A DNA stretch of 64,000 nt from Vulcanimicrobiota bacterium (GTDB taxonomy: Bacteria; Vulcanimicrobiota; SpSt-956; JAKJGF01), in the NCBI GenBank assembly GCA_040217695.1, contig JBEHWO010000003.1:3948-67947 (forward strand). Reading direction: 5' to 3'. The position numbers and the translations under genes were made by a program. Within the stretch, counting starts at the first letter, position 1. Every line of letters starts with the position of its first letter. The notes beneath the pieces are model-generated. The model was not told where the DNA came from. It was given only the letters and a program-made list of their open reading frames with translations, and did not search any database. Below are positions 18,160 through 27,905 of the stretch, piece after piece.

Positions 18160-21100
18160 ATGGTATTACCTGTACCTATAAATTTTATAAATCTCCCCTT
18201 TGAAGAAATAGAGAGAGGGCTTGTCGATGCTCTCGGCCATATTGCCCTCATGGCCGGTGCCGTGAAGGCTTCTGTTTTTTTGTTCTCAGAAGATTTACAG
18301 ACTGTAACAGGCAGTTATGAATGGTTTTACGGGGAAAATCACCCCTCTGTTTCTCCGAACAGTTCTACAGATTTCTTTTCCGGTTATTTGGAGAGATGGA
18401 AAAATTTTGAAACATTTTTTATATCATCACCCTCTGGCAGGAATAAATGGCCGGGAACGGATTCTATTGTTTTCGTCCCTCTGGTTTTCAGAGGAAAACT
18501 TTACGGTGCTATGGGCCTTTATAAAAAGGCTCATACGGAATGGCCTGATGACGCAGTTGAGCTACTGGAATTTATGGCACCTCTTGTAATTAATGTAATA
18601 GAGAGAAAGAAAACAGAAGAACATCTCAGAAAAGCCCGGGAAAAATACAAAAATCTTTATCATTATGCCCATGTAGGACTATTTGAGACTTCTCTGGAAG
18701 AAGCAAAAATAATAGCCTGTAACAGGCTGTACTGTCAGATGGCAGGTTTTACTTCCGTAGAGGAAGCTATAAATCAGGATGTGCTTCAGTTTTATACAAA
18801 TCCCGCCCATAGAGAAGAAATAAAGAAAATATTAATGGAAAAGGGATTTATAGAAAATTATGTAACTCAATTCAGAAACAGGATGACAGACAAAAAGTTC
18901 TGGGCAGAATTTTCCGCCATGGTTAACCGTGACAGAAATGTTATAGAAGGAACCATTATTGATATAACAGCAAGAAAAGAAGCAGAAGATACTCTGGTAT
19001 TTACACAGTTCGCCATGGATAATGCAAGGGATGCCGTATATCTGGTTGACTCGGAAAGTAAATTTGTATATGTAAATCATGCTGCCTGTAAATATCTCGG
19101 TTATTCAAGAGAAGAATTGCTGACTATGGGTATCAGTGATATAAGACCGGAATATACGGAACAGTGGTGGAAGTCTCACATGCAGGAAATAAAAGAAAAA
19201 AAATCTTTTATGTATGAAAGTATTAATAGAAGAAAAGATGGAACAGTTTTTCCTGTAGAAGTATCTGTAAATTATCTGGAATTTTGCGGCAGAGAATATA
19301 ACTGCGCTTTTCTTCGTAATATTTCGGAAAGAAAAACAAGAGAAGGAGAAAGAAACAGACTTGTTTATATTCTTGAAGCTACCAGTGATCTTGTTTCAAC
19401 TGCAACTCCTGACGGTAAAATAATTTATATGAACAGGGCAGGGCGGGAACTTTTAAACTGGACAGAGGATAAAAATTCTGACTTTGTAAAATATGCTCAT
19501 CCTGACTGGGCTCTTGATATGGTTATGAATACCGGAGTCCATTCTGCAAGAAAAAATGGTGTCTGGCACGGGGAAACTGCTGTTTTAAACGGCGAAGGCA
19601 GGGAAATACCTGTGTCACAGGTTATTATAGCCCATAAAGCATCTGACGGCAGGGTGGAATATTTTTCTACTATTTTGAGAGATATCAGCAGAATAAAAAA
19701 GGGGGAAGAGAGTCTTGCCGCCGAAAAAGAACGTCTTTCTGTGACCCTTAAAAGTATAGGTGATGGTGTTATTGCCACTGATATTTCAGGAAGAATTACC
19801 ATTATGAACGGTGTTGCAGAAAAACTTACAGGGTGGACTCTGGAAGAAGGAGAAGGAAAAAAACTTTCCGATGTTTTTCATATTGTCAATGAGATGACAG
19901 GAGAAGTATGTGATAATCCTGTTCAAAAGGTACTCCTCAGCGGAGATATTGTGGAACTGGCAAATCATACTATGCTCATATCCAGGGATGGAAGAAAAAT
20001 GCTTATTGCCGATAGCGGTGCGCCGATAAAAGATAAAAACAATCAGGTTACAGGTGTTGTTCTTGTTTTTCGTGATATAACGGAAAGACAGAGAATAATG
20101 GAGAATCTTCAGAAGATTCAGAAGCTTGATTCTCTCGGACTTCTTGCAGGAGGTATAGCTCATGATTTTAATAATCTTCTCGGAGGCATTTTCGGTTATA
20201 TCGAACTTGCCAGGGAGGCATGTAAAGATAATGAAGCATCTTTATTTCTTTCCTGTGCGTTTAAATTATATGACAGAGCAAAATCTCTTACCAGGCAGCT
20301 TCTTACCTTTGCAAAAGGCGGTTCTCCTCTTAAGAAAACAGATGATCTTACATCAATTATAATGGATACTGTTAATTTTGCCCTTGCCGGTTCCAGTCTT
20401 AAATGTGTTTTTAATATAGATGAACATCTCTGGTTATGTGATTTTGATAGCAGTCAGATAAGGCAGGCTATTCATAATATAGTAATCAATGCAGTTCAGG
20501 CCATGCCGGACGGAGGAGACATATGTGTCAGTGCTGAAAATATTCAGTCTCTTCCTGCCATTCATATGTCTCACGGTAAAGGGAAATATGTGAAAATTTC
20601 CGTAATGGATAAAGGCACAGGCGTTCCCAGAGAATTACTCGGGAATATTTTTGATCCATTTTTTACTACAAAACAAAAATGCACAGGTATTGGCCTTTCT
20701 ATTGTATATTCCATAATCAGTAAACATGACGGATTTATTGACCTTGAGTCAGAAGAGGGGAAAGGCACTGTTGTTAATATTTATTTGCCTGTATCGAAAG
20801 ATGGTATTAAAGAGGTCATTTCTGCCAGGACTGTGGCGGGACATGTAACATGCACCGGTAAAGGTACTGTTCTTGTTATGGATGATGATGAAGATCTCAG
20901 GAAAATCCTGGAGAGAATATTAAAAAAAATAGGTTATTCAACTGTACTGACGGCAAATTCCAGGGAAGCCTTTTCTGCCTTTATTGAAGCAGAAAAAAGT
21001 GCCCCTTTCTCTACTGCTTTTCTTGATATGACCATACCCGGTGATATGGGCGGGAAAGAAGTGATAAAAAATTTTCTTATTGTAAGACCGGAACTTAAAG

Positions 21101-21231
21101 CAGTGGCTATAAGCGGTTATTCCGATGATCCGGTTATGGCGGAACCGAAAAAATTCGGATTTGCGGCAGCTCTGAAAAAACCTTTTTTAAAAGATGAAAT
21201 TTTAACCGTATTAAACGACCTTGATATTTGA
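18160..21231 (+). CDS. Hybrid sensor histidine kinase (GAF-like, four PAS, HisKA, HATPase, receiver)
   Basis: PAS/PAC motifs, AGGIAHDFNN, NAVQAM, FFTTK, GTGIGL-type G2 box, VLVMDDD...LDMTIPG receiver. Confidence 0.93.
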   Translation: MVLPVPINFINLPFEEIERGLVDALGHIALMAGAVKASVFLFSEDLQTVTGSYEWFYGENHPSVSPNSSTDFFSGYLERWKNFETFFISSPSGRNKWPGTDSIVFVPLVFRGKLYGAMGLYKKAHTEWPDDAVELLEFMAPLVINVIERKKTEEHLRKAREKYKNLYHYAHVGLFETSLEEAKIIACNRLYCQMAGFTSVEEAINQDVLQFYTNPAHREEIKKILMEKGFIENYVTQFRNRMTDKKFWAEFSAMVNRDRNVIEGTIIDITARKEAEDTLVFTQFAMDNARDAVYLVDSESKFVYVNHAACKYLGYSREELLTMGISDIRPEYTEQWWKSHMQEIKEKKSFMYESINRRKDGTVFPVEVSVNYLEFCGREYNCAFLRNISERKTREGERNRLVYILEATSDLVSTATPDGKIIYMNRAGRELLNWTEDKNSDFVKYAHPDWALDMVMNTGVHSARKNGVWHGETAVLNGEGREIPVSQVIIAHKASDGRVEYFSTILRDISRIKKGEESLAAEKERLSVTLKSIGDGVIATDISGRITIMNGVAEKLTGWTLEEGEGKKLSDVFHIVNEMTGEVCDNPVQKVLLSGDIVELANHTMLISRDGRKMLIADSGAPIKDKNNQVTGVVLVFRDITERQRIMENLQKIQKLDSLGLLAGGIAHDFNNLLGGIFGYIELAREACKDNEASLFLSCAFKLYDRAKSLTRQLLTFAKGGSPLKKTDDLTSIIMDTVNFALAGSSLKCVFNIDEHLWLCDFDSSQIRQAIHNIVINAVQAMPDGGDICVSAENIQSLPAIHMSHGKGKYVKISVMDKGTGVPRELLGNIFDPFFTTKQKCTGIGLSIVYSIISKHDGFIDLESEEGKGTVVNIYLPVSKDGIKEVISARTVAGHVTCTGKGTVLVMDDDEDLRKILERILKKIGYSTVLTANSREAFSAFIEAEKSAPFSTAFLDMTIPGDMGGKEVIKNFLIVRPELKAVAISGYSDDPVMAEPKKFGFAAALKKPFLKDEILTVLNDLDI

Positions 21232-21284
21232 GATTTTAATGAAAAGACTTCAGAATTCTTCATATGTATTGCCCCTGTTACCTG

Positions 21285-21452
21285 CAGTGTCTGCAGCGGT
21301 AAATACGATACCGGATAATCTGTGATTCTGTCTTTTCCTGTCACCCGTCACGATTATAGCCATTTATGAATTATTTTATATGAGAATCGTAACGCGTAAC
21401 GCGTCACGATATAGACGTAAATATGATTGGGTTATTTCTTGACAACCCCTAA
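21285..21452 (+). repeat. Two adjacent heptamer-core composite repeats
   Basis: GCGGTAAATACGATACCGGATAATCTGTG arm + GTCACCCGTCACG core; then TATATGAGAAT-CGTAACGCGTAACGCGTCACG-...GACAACCCC. Confidence 0.7.
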
Positions 21453-21497
21453 GCTTATAGATATGGCAGCAGTAACACATTATACCGCATAGGACTG

Positions 21498-22718
21498 TTA
21501 TTGCCTGTCGGCACTGCTGTAAGTCTCTATGAGAGAATCTTTCATTTTTATGAATAGATTGCACTCGGAATTAAGTCTGTTCCGTACCTCATCAGGGCTG
21601 ATTTCTCTGTCCTCTATTAAAGAAGAAATACGTAAGAAAAACATCGGTACCATAGATTTCATTACCTCTTCACCATGGATAGATACATAAGAAGCATATT
21701 CAAAAATAACCTCTGTCCATAAATCTGCCGAGAATGAAGACTCTTTCCCCTGAGAAGCCTCTTCAACCCTGTTAAACGTATCTTTCGAGAGAATTTTTTT
21801 TATGGAGCTTCTGTATTCGTGAAATAATTTTTCCCCTTCTGCCTTAATTTCAACTCTGTTCAGAGATACAGGTGACGGAGAAATTTTATAATGATATCCG
21901 AAATCAGTAAGATATTTCTCTTCTTCACTGTTAGCCCAGACTTCTCTGTATATCTTCATTAAATGAAATAGTGTCTCCGAGGTTTTTATAAATTTATGTC
22001 TCATATCCTGGATTGTATCAAATTTATCTATATATTTATTACCGAGAAAGACCTGGCCTGTTTCAAAACCTTCTCCTGCAGCAGCAGTTGCCACCCATGT
22101 ATCTATATCCATATTCCAAAGGTCTTTTTCCAGAAAACTCCTTACCAGATCTACAGACATGGCATAATCTCCTGCACCGGGGAAACGAATATCTGTACAG
22201 AAAAGAGATCTTATAAGAGGATAAACAAGATTATTGTTTATTACTCCGTCATTATGATGAATTACATAGACAGGGGAGATATAATCATATTCTCCTTTGA
22301 TTACAGGAGTGAGAAGGCCTTCTATCCATTCAGGATTAATGCTCCGGAGATCTCCTCTTAATATCATGCATGCAGAAGCATTTAACATGTCTGAAGCATA
22401 AAATAGCCCTTTCAGAAAATTACCTCTTTCCATATTCTGATCCATAATGAGTCTGTGAACAGGTATGAATGATGTATAAATAAAATTCAATTCCCTGTCT
22501 TCATATAAGTCAAGATTGCTGAATACTCCGTCATCTTTCCCTCCCGCTTTGATTATCAGAGCTTTCTGGTCAGGAAAATATTTAGCCAGACCGAAACTTA
22601 CTGCTTTAAGTACTCTGGCAACAGACGTATCTTCATGAAGATCCGTTATGCCGACTATAATATCAGCCTCTCTTATAATTTCCAGTTTAATCATAATATC
22701 TCTGGATAGAATATTCAT
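21498..22718 (-). CDS. GT-A glycosyltransferase-like protein (glucosylglycerate/mannosylglycerate synthase-like), catalytic motifs degenerate
   Basis: ADIIVGI, GLAKYFP, DLRSINPEWI, YDYISPVY, DGVINNNLVYPL; DxD replaced by RGD; AGGAGG RBS before MNILS. Confidence 0.7.
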   Translation of the reverse strand: MNILSRDIMIKLEIIREADIIVGITDLHEDTSVARVLKAVSFGLAKYFPDQKALIIKAGGKDDGVFSNLDLYEDRELNFIYTSFIPVHRLIMDQNMERGNFLKGLFYASDMLNASACMILRGDLRSINPEWIEGLLTPVIKGEYDYISPVYVIHHNDGVINNNLVYPLIRSLFCTDIRFPGAGDYAMSVDLVRSFLEKDLWNMDIDTWVATAAAGEGFETGQVFLGNKYIDKFDTIQDMRHKFIKTSETLFHLMKIYREVWANSEEEKYLTDFGYHYKISPSPVSLNRVEIKAEGEKLFHEYRSSIKKILSKDTFNRVEEASQGKESSFSADLWTEVIFEYASYVSIHGEEVMKSMVPMFFLRISSLIEDREISPDEVRNRLNSECNLFIKMKDSLIETYSSADRQ

Positions 22719-22776
22719 AATCAGCCTCCTTTGAATAAATCGTAATCGACACACATGCATTATGTGATGTGAATCT

Positions 22777-22869
22777 CAGTGCTGCCAGCGGTAAATACAA
22801 CACCGGATAATCTGTGAGCCTGTCTCCTCTCGTCACGACTATAACCAGTGGAATAATTACCGTTATAAG
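22777..22869 (+). repeat. AGTGCTGCC...GATAATCT-[CGTCACG]-ACTATAACCAGTGG...CGTTATAAG element
   Basis: Arms match reverse complement of parts of 35997-36222. Confidence 0.75.
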
Positions 22870-22948
22870 TATTTGGTGACCAAAATACCTCTGGTAAATT
22901 ACGGTTAGATTGTAAATATCATATGTTTTTTTACAACCCCCTATGACC

Positions 22949-23230
22949 TTATTTGAGTTTTATATGTTCAAGATATCCTTTTTTCTTGCAGTTTAATATG
23001 GCTTTACCAAAAAGTCTATATATTTTATTCCTTTCCTCTTCGGGAAGTGTTATGAGCAGTTCTCCTATAGTATCTCCAAGTGGTTCCTCTAAATCAGCTC
23101 TGGCTCTGTCATCAAATATTCTCATAAATACATTCCGTACTTTATCTATTTCCTGTCCGCCATGTTCATATATAATTTCCCAGTCTTCTCCGGAAAGAAA
23201 AGAGGTTTTGCCTGTATTACCATCATTCAT
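22949..23230 (-). CDS. Small hypothetical protein
   Basis: 93-aa ORF with plausible composition, flanked by repeats. Confidence 0.55.
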   Translation of the reverse strand: MNDGNTGKTSFLSGEDWEIIYEHGGQEIDKVRNVFMRIFDDRARADLEEPLGDTIGELLITLPEEERNKIYRLFGKAILNCKKKGYLEHIKLK

Positions 23231-23251
23231 AACAGTTCCAATCTTTCTTTA

Positions 23252-23345
23252 ATAGTGTATTTCATAACTTAGGAATAGAATTTTATTAATTGTCTCTTTC
23301 CTCGCGTAACGCGTCACGATTTAATATATTTGAGACAGTTATTTA
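23252..23345 (+). repeat. ATAGTGTATTTCATAAC-arm heptamer-core repeat
   Basis: Left end as at 17644; body TTATTAATTGTCTCTTTCCTCGCGTAACGCGTCACGATTTAATATATTTGAGACA matches reverse complement of 53181-53295. Confidence 0.72.
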
Positions 23346-23356
23346 ATTATCGTTCC

Positions 23357-23442
23357 TTACTGAGGTGAGTATAAAATATATGCTCTCGTGATACGTTACG
23401 GGAGGGGAAACTTTTATTACATGCTTATGCTCAGGTCAGTAA
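23357..23442 (+). mobile_element. MITE-like element TTACTGAGGTGAGTATAA...TTATGCTCAGGTCAGTAA with heptamer core
   Basis: Imperfect terminal inverted repeats; copies at 35126, 39306 (reverse), 43081, half copy at 30340. Confidence 0.72.
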
Positions 23443-23659
23443 TTAAACATAAAATTCGAGAAGATAAAATTTATTCCTTTATTATTAATTCGCTTTATGT
23501 TAAAATTATAATAGTATCTTATAAAAAATTACAGATTAATCCTCGCGTGACTCGTCACGACCCATTAATGTCTGATAGGTTATGACGGTAACATAGTTGC
23601 CGCCATTCCCGTAATAAGTCGCAGGTTTTATAAAAAATTAAAAAAAGGAGACCCTATCT

Positions 23660-25261
23660 ATGAGGTTTTCAAACAGGTATATTTCCAGTAAAAAAAATAA
23701 TATCGATGCTTCAATAATAGCACAACTGGCATTCGGTGAATTACAGAGTAAAGTCCCTGAAGTAACCGGTAAGCCGGTACTATGTCATTCCTGCGGTGCA
23801 GCAGTTACAGAACCATCTATTATTAAAGATACTCCCCCTGTAGGACTTCATTTTATATGTCAGTTCTGCAATAACATGAATAAAATAAATGAATTACAGT
23901 TTAACTCTATCAAAGCAATAGAAAAAGGTGTCATAGAATATCTTGATGAGATACAGAAAGATATGGCGGTAAAAGATAAAATAGTTGCATGTATAGACAT
24001 ATCGGGTTCCATGAATGGCGACAGTCTGGAATGTGTCAAAAAAAGTCTTATTGAAACACTGAAAGATATTTCCGTAAATGCCCCTGACAGCACTTTTGCC
24101 CTTATAACATTTACCGACTGGGTAAGCCTTTATAATGCTGATGGTCAGGAATGTATAAAAATCGCTGAAAGAGAGCTTTATGATGAAAATATGATTTGTC
24201 AGACCTTTCAAAACCTTCACTTTAACTTTGAACCGGTAAAAGAGAGTTACGAAAAATGGATAACTCTTGTTTCCGGTCTCAATGCAATATCCAGAACTGC
24301 CCTGGGACCGGCGGTGTTTTCCGCTTTCTGTCTTCTTCATGGAGGGGGCCGTATGATTTTACTTACAGATGGCCTTGCAAATGTGGGAATAGGTTCTCTT
24401 ATAAGCTATTCTCCCGGAGGAAGAAAAGGAGAATTTTACAGAGACTTCGCTTATAGATGCAGAGATGCCGGTGTAATGGTCGAAATTGTAGGTGTGGCAA
24501 CATCAGAACATTCCTCGATTGAACTGGGAACTATAGGTGATATGGCCCGTCTTACAGGAGGAGATATATATCTTGTAGACAGAAAGGAACTTTCAAAAAC
24601 TTTTAATACTCTTTCTCAGGCAGATTTTATAGGAAAAAATGTAAATGTAAGGATATTTGTTCCACCCAGTATGGCTCTCAGAGATGCAAGCGGTGATGTT
24701 CAGTTTCATAGAGAAGAAAAAGCTCTTAAAGCAAAAATCGGTTACGTAAACCCTGACAGGAAAATGTGTGTTGAACTGAATGTAACAGAAGATTTGAAAG
24801 AAAACGAGGATTTAACTGTTCAGACACAGGTAGAATATACAGGTATAGACGGAAAAAAGAGAATAAGAATATATAATGAGAAACTTCATGTGACAGAAAA
24901 AGAAAAAGATCTTGTAGAGAATTTCGAAAGTGACGTTTCGGATGAATTTTATATACAAAAAGCTGCCGAACTTGGCAGAACAGGCGAGGACGCAAAAGGT
25001 ATAAAGACTCTCCTGGAGTATACGGAAAAATTAAATGAATATCGTAATATGTCAACGAACCAGAAAAAAGCTCAATTGACCAGGAGTGAAGAACTCATAA
25101 ACAGGGAACTGGAAGATATAAATAAACTGAGACAGGAAAAAAGTAAAGATGCCAGATACAGTAAATATCAGGCAAGAGTTTCCTTTGGATCCACATCGGA
25201 ATTAAGGCAGGAATCCAGAAAAATGAGGCAGACGAAAATAGCTCTGGAACTGGAACCTTAA
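23660..25261 (+). CDS. Sec23/Sec24-like (cpRas1-like) Zn-finger + vWA domain protein
   Basis: TGKPVLCHSC...FICQFCNNMN Zn finger, IEY, CIDISGSM MIDAS, TALGPAV, LLTDGLANVGIGSL, FY, ARLTGG; AGGAG RBS. Confidence 0.8.
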   Translation: MRFSNRYISSKKNNIDASIIAQLAFGELQSKVPEVTGKPVLCHSCGAAVTEPSIIKDTPPVGLHFICQFCNNMNKINELQFNSIKAIEKGVIEYLDEIQKDMAVKDKIVACIDISGSMNGDSLECVKKSLIETLKDISVNAPDSTFALITFTDWVSLYNADGQECIKIAERELYDENMICQTFQNLHFNFEPVKESYEKWITLVSGLNAISRTALGPAVFSAFCLLHGGGRMILLTDGLANVGIGSLISYSPGGRKGEFYRDFAYRCRDAGVMVEIVGVATSEHSSIELGTIGDMARLTGGDIYLVDRKELSKTFNTLSQADFIGKNVNVRIFVPPSMALRDASGDVQFHREEKALKAKIGYVNPDRKMCVELNVTEDLKENEDLTVQTQVEYTGIDGKKRIRIYNEKLHVTEKEKDLVENFESDVSDEFYIQKAAELGRTGEDAKGIKTLLEYTEKLNEYRNMSTNQKKAQLTRSEELINRELEDINKLRQEKSKDARYSKYQARVSFGSTSELRQESRKMRQTKIALELEP

Positions 25262-25267
25262 TCATAA

Positions 25268-25732
25268 TCATAGCAGGGGCCGAATATTATTCTGTCCCTG
25301 CAGACTTATAACAGATGTATCCGGTTCAGGCAATTTTGATTTTTCTTCAAGTTCCGCTCCATATTCTTTTAAAAATTTAAGGAGTAAGAATTCCAGTCTT
25401 TCTCTGGCACTCTCTGGTGCTCTGCAGACCAGTAATCTGCATTCCATAGGTCGCTCTTGGTAAATTTTACATAATTTCTTTTCTTTATCAAACATAATGC
25501 AGTAGCCGTCTTTACCTTTCGGCAGATAATAAGCTTTATCATCTATTATTTTCACCAGCGGAGGATTTTGACAGCAAAACCCGCATTGTTTGCATGGATA
25601 AAAATATGACCATGAACTGGCAAAATTTATCATTTTATGAGTCCATGGAAGTTGAGGTATTTCTTCCCATTTAACAGGTTTCCAGGGAAGAACAGGTTTG
25701 GGAGGTAATTTTATCTGTTTATCGTGTTTCAT
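25268..25732 (-). CDS. YkgJ family cysteine-cluster (CxxCxxCC) protein
   Basis: CKQCGFCC...C...CKIYQERPMECR; overlaps kinase stop (ATGA). Confidence 0.85.
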   Translation of the reverse strand: MKHDKQIKLPPKPVLPWKPVKWEEIPQLPWTHKMINFASSWSYFYPCKQCGFCCQNPPLVKIIDDKAYYLPKGKDGYCIMFDKEKKLCKIYQERPMECRLLVCRAPESARERLEFLLLKFLKEYGAELEEKSKLPEPDTSVISLQGQNNIRPLL

Positions 25733-27699
25733 AAGATTGATCTTAACCTGTCCAGAGATTTTTTTGCAGCCAGAGCGACAGTAGTTACAGGATCTCTTGT
25801 TGCTTTTTCAAGATGAGGTATGGCTCTGTGATCTTTAAAACTCCCCAGTACCTCGACTGCAGCTTTTCTGACACCTGTGCCGTTATCTTTTAAAGCCATT
25901 ATCAGGTCCGGTATGACTATGTCATTGCCTATCTCTCCCATAGATAGAACAGCCTGTTTTCTAACCCCTTCATCCAGATCTTCTTTTAATACACCTATCA
26001 GTTCATGAATAACTTTCATATCTCCGAGTTTCCCGAGAGATTCTATTGCGCTCACCCTTACAGGCGGCTGTTCGTCTTTAAGCTTTCTGATAAGAGGGGT
26101 AACGGCTTTTTTATTCCTCTGGTTGCCGAGAGCCAGAGCAGCTTCGCGTCTTACATTCCAGTCCCAGTCATTAAGTGCCTCTATAAGAGGTTCTACGAGC
26201 CTTCCGTCCTGCAGATTCATCTGAACTATCTGATTTGAAGCCTCAGTTCTTTCACAGTCATCATTACTCTGTAACATATAAATAAGTTTTTCTATTTCAT
26301 CCTTTGGTTCTTTCATAACTCTTGAAGTGGCTTTTTCTTTCACCTGTGGTGTCTGACTGTAAATTGCCTGCTGTTCTGATTCCGGTGTAACCTGATTAAA
26401 TATAGTTCTCTGCCCGAGGCTGGCCTGGGCAAAAGCTGACGAAATCTGTGCAGGATTCATGGGCCGTTCAATATTCTGACCTGTTACCTGATTATAAGCA
26501 GGAGGGCGGCCATAGGTGGCCTGGCCGTAAGGAGGGTAGCCATATGGATAGGCAGGGTATTGGCCGGGAACCTGTCCGTAGATCCCCTGAACCTGGCCGT
26601 ATGGGTTTGGAACCTGTCCGTATGGCCCCTGAACCTGGCCGTATGGATTTGGAACCTGACCGTATGGCCCCTGACCGTATGGCCCCTGAACCTGTCTGTA
26701 TGGCCCCTGAACCTGTCCGTAGGCAGGCTGACCGGCATTTTGAACGGGCCTGGCAGCTACACCGGAAGGCTTTACGGGAGCAGCAGTCACTTTTTCCTGC
26801 TGTACTGGAGTTATGACAGGTTCAGGAGATTTTTCCAGAGTTACAGTTTCGGTTTTTTCTCCTGTCATAGGTTGAAGCAATAATTTATATGCATCAAAAT
26901 AATTTTCTTTACAGAAGTTAAGTAATTGCTCTTTCATATCTTTAGCACTTGTATAACGGTTATCTATTTCATTTTCAAGGGCTTTCATAACTATTTTTTC
27001 CAGGTCGGAAGAAAGCCAGTCTCTGACCTGCCTTATAGGCTGGAAAGAAAAGGGAATCGGCACTATACCTGTAAGAAGGTGGTGCATTGTTGCTCCGAGA
27101 GCGTAAACATCACTTCTTGGTTCAGGATTGCCTTTGTATTGCTCCAGAGGAGCATAACCTTCTGTACCTACAGCTGTTTTCTGGGTATCTTTCACAGGAT
27201 TTATTACCCTTGCAATACCAAAATCTATCAGGAAAATCCTGCTTTCTTCCGATTTTAATATTACATTGGCAGGTTTCAGATCTCTGTAAAGAATAGGATG
27301 AGGTTTGTGATTATGCAGGTAAGATAAAACGTCACAGAGCTGTACTGCCCATATTACTACAAATTTTTCAGGTACCTGAAGATTACATTTTCGAAGAAAA
27401 CTTTCAAGATCTTCTCCTTTTATATAATCCATTACAAGATAATAATTACCTTTATCCGTAAAATAATCTGTTATACTCGGTATATTGGGGTGATCAAGTC
27501 TTGCCAGTATTTCAGCTTCTTCTCTGAATCTCTTTATGGCATATAGTTGCTGTTCCGATGCTTCACCCTGGTTAAACATTACTTTTATGGCACGAAGCTT
27601 TTTCTCGGGTATGTCTTCTGCAAGATAAACCATACCCATACCTCCGGCTTTTATAGTTTTTATTATTCTGTAACGTTCTTTTAAAACAGCATTTTCCAT
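25729..27699 (-). CDS. Hanks-type Ser/Thr kinase with P/Q/G/Y repeat linker and C-terminal HEAT repeats
   Basis: GGMGMVY, AIK, YRDLKPAN, DFG, GTEGYAP; VR..AA.ALG HEAT repeats. Confidence 0.93.
   Translation of the reverse strand: MENAVLKERYRIIKTIKAGGMGMVYLAEDIPEKKLRAIKVMFNQGEASEQQLYAIKRFREEAEILARLDHPNIPSITDYFTDKGNYYLVMDYIKGEDLESFLRKCNLQVPEKFVVIWAVQLCDVLSYLHNHKPHPILYRDLKPANVILKSEESRIFLIDFGIARVINPVKDTQKTAVGTEGYAPLEQYKGNPEPRSDVYALGATMHHLLTGIVPIPFSFQPIRQVRDWLSSDLEKIVMKALENEIDNRYTSAKDMKEQLLNFCKENYFDAYKLLLQPMTGEKTETVTLEKSPEPVITPVQQEKVTAAPVKPSGVAARPVQNAGQPAYGQVQGPYRQVQGPYGQGPYGQVPNPYGQVQGPYGQVPNPYGQVQGIYGQVPGQYPAYPYGYPPYGQATYGRPPAYNQVTGQNIERPMNPAQISSAFAQASLGQRTIFNQVTPESEQQAIYSQTPQVKEKATSRVMKEPKDEIEKLIYMLQSNDDCERTEASNQIVQMNLQDGRLVEPLIEALNDWDWNVRREAALALGNQRNKKAVTPLIRKLKDEQPPVRVSAIESLGKLGDMKVIHELIGVLKEDLDEGVRKQAVLSMGEIGNDIVIPDLIMALKDNGTGVRKAAVEVLGSFKDHRAIPHLEKATRDPVTTVALAAKKSLDRLRSIL
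26560..26721 (-). repeat. 21-bp coding tandem repeat, about 8 units of YGQVQGP/YGQVPNP
   Basis: Read directly in DNA and translation. Confidence 0.9.
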
Positions 27700-27740
27700 A
27701 ATGATTTCCTCATAATTATTATACCCTATAATCGTTAAAG

Positions 27741-27763
27741 AGTGAATAGTGAATAGTGAATAG
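27741..27763 (+). repeat. (AGTGAAT)x3 heptamer array
   Basis: agtgaatagtgaatagtgaatag. Confidence 0.8.
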
Positions 27764-27905
27764 AAAAATTAATTTATTCGCTTTATAGTTCTTTCATTGA
27801 AGATGAATTCCTTCAATTTATTAATCCTTCTGCCGTCATGGCACAAAGTGCTATACGGCACATAAGAAAAATATAAATTGATGTAATATTATACGGAGAG
27901 GAGAG

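Noticed and set aside
22763-22778. CRP-like site TGTGA-N6-TCTCA
   Set aside because: Single mismatched instance overlapping a repeat boundary; no supporting copies
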